The notes beneath the pieces are model-generated. The model saw only the letters and a program-made list of their open reading frames with translations, ran no database searches and was not told where the DNA came from. Both the position numbers and the translations under genes were made by a program. A stretch of 64,000 bases of DNA, from positions 8,122,001-8,186,000 of the forward strand of contig CM022666.1 of assembly GCA_012295275.1 (NCBI GenBank), written 5' to 3'. Below are positions 13,089 to 23,408 of the stretch, piece after piece. Source of the stretch: Chrysomallon squamiferum. Lineage: Eukaryota; Animalia; Mollusca. How positions within the stretch are numbered: the first letter of the stretch is position 1; the number at the start of each line of letters is the position of its first letter.

Positions 13089-15453
13089 ACACACACACAT
13101 ACACATATATATACATTAAATTTTGTTTTCCTTTCCTTAAATTTATTTTAAATGTGTTATATTTTATTTTCATTTTTTGTTTTAGTTATAATTCTATATT
13201 TTCATTTGATTTATATTTTATTGCTTATTTTGTAATCTATTTTGCTTTATTTTGATAAATGTAAATAATGTTAAAAATAATAACAATAAGAAATTTTTCC
13301 AGGAAAATGTATGTCATAGTGCAAATACAATCAAACATTAATGTATAAACAAACAAGGTAATTCCTTTTATTATTTTCTAATTTAAAAAAAAATGAAATG
13401 TGAAGGAATAACAATTATTTGGTTAAAATTACAGTTACATGTTAATTACAAACCCAGGAATTAATAACATTTAAAGTAAGTAAAAAAAATTAAAAATTAA
13501 AATAAATAAATCATAAATGAAATCCAAAACATAATTGTATATTTTGAAAATTTCAAAACAACAACTGATTTTTAAAACAAAAAACAACAACAACAAAGAA
13601 AACCCATATACTTTATTCTAATTAAATATTTTTTATTATTTATATCTAATTCTATTTTTTTTTAAATATGTTGATTGTCATAATTTCTTAAGGGAATTCA
13701 AAGACTATTTTCTGCTGTTTACACAATGTATTTTGAAAAATTAAAATAATTATATATATAAAAGTATCTACATTTCAAAATACATAAAACATATGCACTT
13801 ATGATTCATTTTGTATATATCATATATTTTTTCATTTTTGATTCCAATTATGTTTTTTCTTTTCTTTTTTCTTTTTTTTTGATCAGCTATTTTTGTCATG
13901 TCAGTCAGCTGTATAATGACATCAAGAGATCAAACAACAAAAACTGATTTCCTGTTAATGTGAAAAACAACATTATGACATAGGTAGGTTTGAAAAAAAC
14001 ATATTTAATTAGCTTTTACTTCATTCCGGTCAAATGTGTAGTTTACTTTTGAATAACCTTTTCTTTCTTTTCTTATTATTATTATCTTTTTTCTCCTCTT
14101 TCACTCTTGTATTTCATACTTTTTTTTTTCTTTTTTTTTTATTCTCAGATTTTGTTTATTTCGTTCATATTACTTTCATTTCCTTTATTTTATTTTAAAA
14201 TGTAGTTCCTATTGAACTTTGTTTTATTTATTTTGTATTTTATTTTATTTAATTTATATTCTATATCACTATTTTATTATTATATTATTATTACTGTTGT
14301 TGTTGTTGTCATTCTTGTTATAATAATATTAAATTCAAATTTTTTGTTTTATTTATTTTACTTTTTAGATTTTTTCATTGTTTAATTAATGTCCTTATTT
14401 TAAATTTTATTTCACTTTTTTAAAATTATTTGTACTGTATTTTGTTTTACTTATTTTCCTTTGCTTTTTATTTCACACACACACACATTAAATTTTGTTT
14501 TTCTTTCATAGAATTTTAAATTTTTGTTATATTTTATTTTCATTTTTTACTATCAGTTATAATTCTTATTATCATCTGAATTATATTTTATTATTTAAGT
14601 TGTAATCTATTTTGCTTCATTTTGATAAATAATATACTGTTAAAAAAAAATTAATAATAATAAGAAAAACCTTTTCCAAGAAAATGTATGTCATAGTGCA
14701 AATACAAATTGAACATTAAAGTATAAACAAATGCAGGCAACTTCTTTTATTTTCTCCTAATTTAAAAAATGAAGAAGAAGAAGAAATGTGAAGGAATAAA
14801 AGTTATTTGGTTAAAATACAGTTTACATGTTAATCACAAATTCAGGAATTAATACCATCTAAAGTAAGTAAAAAAAATTAAAAAATAAATAAATCATAAA
14901 TGAAATCCAAAACAGTTTTATAATTGTATATTTTGAAATTTTAAAAATGACAACTGATTTTTAAAAAAAAAAAAAAAAAAAACAACAACAAAAAACCCTC
15001 ATACTTTATTTTCTTTAAATTTTTTTATTATTTATATCTAATTCTATTTTTTTAAATTATATTCATTTTTATAATTTCTAAAGGGAATTCAAAACTATTT
15101 TCTGCTGTTTACATAATGTATTTTGAAAAATAATATATATATATATATATATATCAAAACGTGTGTATCTACATTTCAAAATATATAAAACATATGCAGT
15201 TATGATTTATATATCATATATTTTTTTCATTTTTGATTCCAGTTATGTTTTTTTCTTTTCTTTTTTCTTTTTTTTTTGATCAGTTATTTTTGTCATGTCA
15301 GTACAATGACATCAAGAGATCAAACAAAAACTGATTTCCTATTAATGTGAAAAACAACATTATGACATAGGTAGGTTTGAAAAAAACATTTAATTTGCCT
15401 TTACTTCATTCCAGTCAATTTAATTTATATTCTGTATCACTATTTTATTACTA

Positions 15454-15507
<54 letters not shown>

Positions 15508-16000
15508 TGTTGTTGTTGTCATTCTTGTTATAATAGTATTGAATTTAACTTTTCTGTTTTAATTAATTTTATTATTTAATTATTTGTTTTCAATTAGCTA
15601 CAGTTCATTTTATTTCTTTTTATATTTCATTTTGTTTATTTTACTTTCTTTTTATTTATTTTACTTTTTGAGATTTTTTCTTTTCTTAATTTTATTTGTT
15701 TAATTCATCATTTTTCATGTCCATATTTTTAATTTGGTTTCGTATTTTATTTTTATTAACTGTACTCTAGTTTGTTTTGTTTTTGTGATTTAATTTTGGC
15801 TTTGCTTTTATTAATATTTAAAAAAAAATCTTTTATAAATAGACAGATAGATAGATAGATATTAATTTTGTTTTCCTTTCATAAATTTATTTTAAATTTT
15901 TATTATATTTTATTTTCTATTTTGCTTTAAGTTATAATTCTTATTTTCATTTGATTTATATTTTATTAATTAATTTGTAGTCTGTTTGCTTTATTTTAAG
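11810..16000. repeat. Three-copy diverged tandem duplication, unit ~1.4 kb
   Basis: Anchor gaaaatgtatgtcatag at ~11840, ~13303 and ~14680. Anchor aacaacattatgaca..gtaggtttgaa at ~12442, ~13966 and ~15353. Copies are colinear with internal indels. Confidence 0.9.
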
Positions 16001-17181
16001 TTCATATTTTTATTATTATTATTATTTATTATAATTATTTTTTAAAATGAATTTATTGTTAAATTTATTTATTTTATTTTATTTCATATTTTATTTTGTT
16101 TTAATTATTATATAATTTATTACATGTTATTAATTTGATTTTATTTAATTTTCGCATTTTACTGTTTTATTTATTTAATGTTTTCCATTGTAGATTTTAT
16201 ATTTTGGATCACTGTATTTTTTTTTTTTTTTTTTTATTTCATTTTATACATTATCTTATCTATAAATTTTTATATTTATTTCATTTTATTTATTCTTAAT
16301 TTTTTTTTTTATGTAAAAGAATTGATTTATAATTTTTATTTCACTTTAATATTATGTTCATATTTTTCTTCTATTATTTTTAAATAAAAATTTTTATTAT
16401 TATATTTTTTATATTTAATTTTTAGTTTGTTTTTTAAACATTTCCTTTTATTTTATATATCAAATTACATTGTGATATCGTATGGCATAATAACTAACTA
16501 TGTTTTATATCATTCTTGCCTTTCATTTGATTTCACTATTTGTGACAAAATCAAATAGTTAAAAGAATGTAGGAAGTGATTTATTTTTAATATTTCATTT
16601 TAAGTAATCGTCTTTTCAGGTAAGGACAAAAAGAAGATGACTGCCAAAAGGAATTTTTTTAAATTATTATTTTTTTTTTTTTACCTGCGTCAATGATGTT
16701 TCCCTCTGCAATAAGAAGCTATCCCATTGGCTTAAACAATTAAGGAGCTCTTCGATTGGCTGACTTTTGGACTAATGAGAAGATACAATAAAAACTAACT
16801 GTAACAAAATCACTATATAACTAAATAATATTTATGCTTAACGTAGTTGTATTTGATCAGTACGAGGAACATTTGTTGTTGAAGGTTGGTGTTAATTTCA
16901 GATTTGTTTTATGTAACAGTATTATTGTTATTATAATAATGAATTCATTGTTTAAAAACCTTTTTATATTCTTTCTTTGCATTGGCGTTAGATAGATATG
17001 TAGATGGGTTTCATTCTGTTTTCTCACTTTTATCTTTATCTTCTTTTTCATCAAAATAATTTTGTTTTTATTTTTGGTTGTTCTGTTCTTGTTATTTTTC
17101 GATTTCTCTTTCTAATATCAGTTTTGTTGCCTTCGTTTACAAATACTCGATTAAGGTTTACTTTAACATAGTCATTTGTTC

Positions 17182-17183
<2 letters not shown>

Positions 17184-17250
<67 letters not shown>
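17184..17250. repeat. (GA)n microsatellite
   Basis: Direct reading. Confidence 0.95.
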
Positions 17251-17252
<2 letters not shown>

Positions 17253-17564
17253 TGAAAAATATAATTCACTTTCTTTTAAAACTGTCCCATTAAAATTTAG
17301 ACGACAAACGGAGAGAATCAATGCTGATAATTTTTAGATCCATTTAATTGTTTCCGTTTTGGTTTTCTTTTACAGTTGATTTATGAAAAATCTAAAATGC
17401 TTCATAATTCATTCACGGACTGATTCTCATTAATTTAACTTCATTTTCAAACAAATTATTAGAAAATGATAATTTATTTTATGTATGTATATGTACATAA
17501 ATAAGTATATTTGCATTTTAAAACTTACTTATTTTTATCTTTTCAGAAACTCAAATAAAACGAA

Positions 17565-18089
17565 ATGGAAATTTGCACTGAAGAATCTCAACTTATGTCT
17601 GAAGACACTATGACCCATGCCGTTCGTAGAAAAGAGAATGAATTACGAAATATTTTATTCTTTGGAGACTCTCTTTTCATGGATACCGCCTATTTTGACA
17701 AGGCACTCTTGAAAGCTGAAGAGGAGATTGGTGATGAAAACGATAATTTTTTGGAAACTCAGGAATCTGCTGATTTAGCTAGTCTTGGCTATTCATGCCA
17801 CGATATAGATAATAACAGATATTCCAACATCTTAATCAAGAAAGAAATTATCATCACCAGGCGCGATTCTATAACAAAAGCGACAATCGGGCAGGCTCAG
17901 TCTGTCGAGGGTTTTCGCAATAATAATAATGCACGCAGTCAAAGGATATCGCCGCTGGAACATGATGAAAAGAAACTTTTGAATATTTTGTTTTTCGGCG
18001 AATACCTGTACATGGATACAGGCTTTTTTGACGACGAACTACAGTTAGCAGAAGATGAAGAAAACACGTTTAAAAATTCTTGTTATTAG
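17565..18089 (+). CDS. Uncharacterised acidic 174-aa protein with an internally duplicated ~31-aa motif (ExxLxNILFFGxxLxMDTxxFDxxLxxAExE)
   Basis: Non-low-complexity ORF with AAAATGG start, preceded by an acceptor tttatcttttcag (17546). The two motif copies differ mainly at synonymous third positions. AATAAA at ~18658. Confidence 0.7.
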   Translation: MEICTEESQLMSEDTMTHAVRRKENELRNILFFGDSLFMDTAYFDKALLKAEEEIGDENDNFLETQESADLASLGYSCHDIDNNRYSNILIKKEIIITRRDSITKATIGQAQSVEGFRNNNNARSQRISPLEHDEKKLLNILFFGEYLYMDTGFFDDELQLAEDEENTFKNSCY

Positions 18090-18120
18090 CTGCTTTAGCA
18101 AGGTCACAAGTTACATGTTT

Positions 18121-18125
<5 letters not shown>

Positions 18126-18188
<63 letters not shown>
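18126..18188. repeat. (CT)n microsatellite
   Basis: Direct reading. Confidence 0.95.
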
Positions 18189-18191
<3 letters not shown>

Positions 18192-19559
18192 AAATTTAAT
18201 TTATATTCACCTCGCTAATTTTAGAAAGTTAAATTAGAAGAAAAAGAAACATGTTCATCTTTCATAAAAAAAAAAGTATATCTTCATTCAGAAAAGAGAT
18301 GATGCCATGATTTACAAATGAACAATTTCATTAACCATGTGATATTTTATTCAATCAGCAGACGTCATTGCAGGTATTCAGTAGAAGGGTAAGAAGCCTG
18401 CGGATGCTCAGTCTCAGCACACAGGAAATGACGTAATTTTACACCATGCGTGTTGGTAACTTGAAATTCCTCACGTACTATTAAGAGTTGATGAAACTCG
18501 CTTAAATCGTACCGATGCCAGCAAACTGTAAGCTGTCGTGTTCTGGCATGCTGTAAGCACGCGCAAAAATACAGTCTGCCAAACGATCTTTTTTTCTTTT
18601 AATGTTTTTGAATCGAAGTTGATCAGAACTGTGGATTCGTCAGCCCAGCCGTAACTTAATAAATTTCGTAAGAAGGGAACATTATATTATTCATAAAATA
18701 GGTATTTTATCATTCATAAAATATGCATGAAACACACGGATAGAGATATACAATTCATGAAAACGATAATTTCGTCGTTCACGATAAATGACAGAGTGGG
18801 TAGTTTTATCACCCAAACAGCCAAGGCACACAAATTGATGAACAAATAAGTTTAAAAACGGATTTGAAAAAAAAAAAAAATTATTGAAAATTGTAATAGA
18901 ATGTTATTATGTGTAGAAGATGATTATCTGAACATAAGCATAATTACTGTTATTGTCTTCATCATCGTCACCATTATTATCATCATTATTGTTATAATCA
19001 TATTCACGGCTATTATCATCAATGTTGTGGTTGTTATAAATATTATTGTTATTATAATAATCATCATTATTATCGTCATCTTATTATTGCTGTATTGTTG
19101 TGGATGTTATGATTATTATTACTACCATCTTTTAATTATTTATTTTGTCATCCTCATCATATTATTATTATTATTATTATTTACATGCTGTGTCTCAGTG
19201 TTGATATTTGACTGTAAATAGATTCAGTTCTCATTATTCACTATTGTTGTTTATCATTATGTCATAATCTGCATACAGAGCAGAATTGTTAAACTGAATA
19301 AATATTTTGAATTTCATCGGTTTGATGTTTTTTATTTTAGTGTTATTAAAAACAGAATAAATGCTACAGAAAACCGGCGAGGGAGCTAGGGGGAGGAGTG
19401 TCTCACGCACGCACGCACGCACACACACACACAAAATTGTTGGGCTCCAGCGATGTTTGGAAGTCTTCAGTGCTTAATGTAAATAAATGTTGTACAAGTA
19501 CATTCCGGCCAAAATAAATGAAAGTAAATCTGACTGGTAGAAAGCTGTGAAAATAGGCC

Positions 19560-20640
19560 ATTATCCGCACCAAAAGTAAAATCATTGATTATGTCATCAA
19601 ACGTTATGCACCTCATTTTATCTCTTTCTTGAAGCTAATTTGCCAGACAATTTGCCTTCAGACATGGTTGCTCTGAGCTCACTTTTGATTCTCTTTATCT
19701 GGGAAAAATGATATTTTTTCTGATCAGTTTGTCACCATCAGATACAAGAATAGTCATAACATTGCTTCAGCATTAGGGAAACCTAAACGAATCTTGCCTT
19801 GATCCAGATCTTTATGGTGGATCTGTTCTTTTCCAGTGTAATTCTGCTTACATAATCATGGATGTACCTCAGTTCACGTTAATGTCAATATCGTTTGGAT
19901 ACCCTTTCATCAAGGTTTCTACTGCTTCAAGTAGCTGTGCCTCTGAACCTTCTAAATCAACTAAAAATGAAAATTTATTTGCCACATAACTAAACTGTTG
20001 CTCTTCTCTTGAATTTTGCATCAAGGACAGCCAGCTCTTATATGAATGAAGGATTTCATTCGAAATCTCTTTATCAGCAACAGATGTAGCCTTATCACCA
20101 GCTCGTTTTTTTTCCTCATCCTCTTTCTTTTCCTTTGTACATTTATATTTTACATCAGGCAAATTAAATTTAGCTTCTGGTTCAGCATCACCAAAAGTTT
20201 CTACAATATTTTTCACATTGTGGGAAAGTGATGTATGCAGTTTCATACGCGCGGTAGTGCAATCTGTGGATCCTGGAAAGCCTTACTAGTTTTGTTAAAC
20301 TCTTCCAGCAAATGACTCCATAAGTGTAGCATGAAAATGAACTCCAGTTCCTCCATTTTGTTCCAGAAGAGTATCAGCTTGTAGTCTTGTTTCATCCTTT
20401 TCATTCTCATTTGCATATATTTGATTTAGAGCTTCTATGATAGGATTACCTGAGGTGAAAATGAGTATAAAACCCAGTCTGGAATCTTCTTGAGGCTTCA
20501 TGCAGATTGTGAAGGCCGCCAACCTGTAGCTTGTTCAAATAGTACCTAAAACCGGCACTGTGTTCAACATGGCCAAAATTATTACTAATGCTGACAAAAC
20601 AAAAACATTTTTCATTCTCTTCAAACATCAGTTTAGTCGT
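19560..20640 (-). mobile_element. Decayed hAT-superfamily DNA transposase remnant (stops and frameshifts)
   Basis: Manual minus-strand translation gives GFPNAEAML*LFLYLMVTN*SEKISF/SQIKRIKSELRATMSEGKLS, matching the hAT C-terminal dimerisation pattern FPN..IALR.FL...VT..S.ERSFS.LK.IK..LR.TM...RL. Upstream fragments ETRLQADTLLEQ, AKFNLPDVKYK and NKFSFL fit the hAT transposase body. Confidence 0.85.
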
Positions 20641-22149
20641 GACATATTTACAGGGTAAGGTTTATCATTTTGTTTAGGGTACAATTTAAAAAAAAAAAAA
20701 TTTCATTATCATTTTTTTTTTTAAATTGTAACACTTAATATATCATACCAAATTGTGTTTTGTGTTTTACGAAAAAATTTAAAAGCTGTGATTTTTATTT
20801 TATATAATAGGAAAGAAAGAAAAAATGGATTATCAGCATTGAAAAATAGGAAAGTAACACATAATTTCCTTTAGATTCTCTGATGTTAGTGACTTCAAAA
20901 CAAATATATACCATGAACTTCTAAAATAAATAAATAAATAAAACGAGAATGACAAAAATACTGGCGATTTAATCTCCCCTCTTACGTTCGTTCATTAATA
21001 CTTACGAGCTGTCGACTGACTGATCAAAGCGTAAACTCAGCATCCCAGAATACCTCAGAGCCAGTACTGATGTTTGGTGCATGCACTGATTTATGATCTC
21101 CGAAATTTTTTTATATCAACAAATTCGTTATAACGGCAAAAACAGTTTAACACAAATATCGGCTTTATAAAAATATATAGATAGATAGATAGATAGCTAT
21201 AGATATATGTTTAAAACAACAAAATACATGCTAAATTTTTTACTAAAAAGACAACACACACACAAAGTACATAAGGATTAAAAAAAAATAAAGTTAAAAA
21301 GTTAATAAAATAATTATTTAAACAATAAAACCAAACAAAATTTAAAACACACACACACACACAAACACGCACGTACACACAGAGCAAATACAGCAAATGT
21401 CATTTTATTTATTTATATATTTATGTATTTATTTATTTTTAAATATTAAATAAATATTATATATAAATGTAGCAAAACAAAAATGGGTGTTTCATATCTA
21501 ATAAGTGATTTTCTTCTAGATGACTTTTCCCTATAGTAGCTTATCATTCAACAGCTATTAAACCTATCATTTCACACCAGTTTAGTTAAGTTTATTTGAC
21601 GTCATTTAAAAAAAGGAGGATAAATCAAATGAGTTTCAAACAATTTGTTAATAATAATAATAAGCAGACGAATTAGATCAGGGCTGCGCAAACTTTCTGA
21701 TCTTATAGGCCACAATGCTGTAACTTCACTGGCACTACAGCCGCATACATTTTATGTAAAATCTGAATGCGTAACATATATGATTTTCCATAATTTTCTA
21801 ACAGTGAACCTCTGTGACTTAAAATGTTACATATAAAAAATGGGTACGTTTACATGTTTCCATGAGAATTGACTTCATCCCTCTGATTCCCATTAAAGTC
21901 AAAATAAAACAGTTATTAATGTTAATTGTTACTTTTATTAAATAACAACTTTAAAGCTGTCGGATCTAAAAATGACTACTGGACGCCTTATTGTGTATTT
22001 GACAGTCATAGGAAATTCATCCTGTCTGAGTGCTTATAGTGACATACAGCCTCATTATATTTCAAATGGGACGTGAAATATGATGAGGTGACAACCATCC
22101 TCCGGCCGCATGTTGCGCACCCATAGGTTAGATAAACCGAACAGTTTTA

Positions 22150-22200
22150 TTTTATCGAGACTATATTTTGTTTGCATTGCGCATGCCGGAAGTTAATTAG
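22150..22200 (+). promoter_or_regulatory. Housekeeping-type core promoter of the NHE gene (NRF1-like and ETS/GABP sites, DRE-like site)
   Basis: TGCGCATGC (22178-22186) overlaps CCGGAAGT (22186-22193); TATCGAGA at 22153-22160. The cluster lies ~90 nt upstream of the ATG in a CpG-rich stretch. Confidence 0.6.
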
Positions 22201-22282
22201 TGGGAGTTCACTACCGCCTTCATGACTTGTTTACTTACCTATAGATAAGTTTTCAAAGCTGTCTAGTGATTTGACAGACACA

Positions 22283-22469
22283 ATGGCAGTCCGACCGGCT
22301 GATTTAGTTCCAGCTGACAAGGAACAATTCGTCAACAAGCAGCACCAGACTGACAGCATTACAATTCTTATGCTATTGGGCTTGTTACTTTTGACAATTT
22401 TGACAGTGTGGCTGTTCAAGTATAAACGTTTCAGATTTGTTCACGAGACGGGCCTGTCAATGGTATATG
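22283..22469 (+). CDS. SLC9A6/7/9: NHE exon 1 (MAVRPAD...[10 protein letters not shown])
   Basis: ACAATGG start with an in-frame upstream TGA at 22223; donor G|gtgagt, phase 1. Confidence 0.9.
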
Positions 22470-23360
22470 GTGAGTTACCAAGCCTAAAGAAAGCACGTAT
22501 TCACACAAATTATGATTATGCATTAAATAATTACTTATTTTGCATTAATGTAGATGCATGTAAACACAAAACGGGTCACATGACCTGCTGTTTGACATCG
22601 CTTACGGTCGATGATAATTATTCTATAATTAGGTATGCATCCAGACAGAGAACTGAGAGATACTCAGAGAGAAATAACAAAAGCAGATATGTAGGAAAGG
22701 TTAAAAAGGACTCAGAAATATTCCTTATATATTTTGATATCATTAATTTAGAATGAATAATTCATCAAATAAATTAAAATGAATGATTCACAATCGTTTA
22801 TACGATATTGTTTTCAAATTTCACTGAAGTAACTGGTTATTGTTATTTACCGCAGTCTGCAGTGCACCACCAACATTTTACTTCCTTACATCATATTTAA
22901 TTTGATAAATGTGTACTCTTCACAATACACAGAAATACATAGTTTCTTGGGCCCATTTCTATTTCCCTTCTCTTCTTTATATCATTTAATTTTATCTATG
23001 AATTGAGTAAACCATAAAACAAAACAGTATAAAACAAAGTTTACTAAGTTTACTAGATGTCTGGTTGTCACTAGAAAGTAAACCCCAAACCTGACAAACA
23101 AGTATCACACCACACATATACAGACTCAAATACCAAACACACACTGACACATTTGAATTATTACAGTTTGTTACTTGATATTTATTGTATTGTCTATTTA
23201 TACCAATTATTTAACAGCTGTTTGAAAAACATGCAAAAATGAAATGTATACAAGTATTTTTTGTTTGTTGAATAATAATTTATTTCAAAATGATCTTTCT
23301 CATGCTTTAAATAATTAAGAATTATTTTATTCATTTACATACAAAAGATATGTATGTGTT

Positions 23361-23408
<48 letters not shown>

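Noticed and set aside
22470-22756. Extension of the 161-aa ORF beyond VYG
   Set aside because: Read-through into intron 1; homology stops at the gtgagt donor. The same applies to the ORFs at 24895, 29745, 31957, 33476 and 52235.
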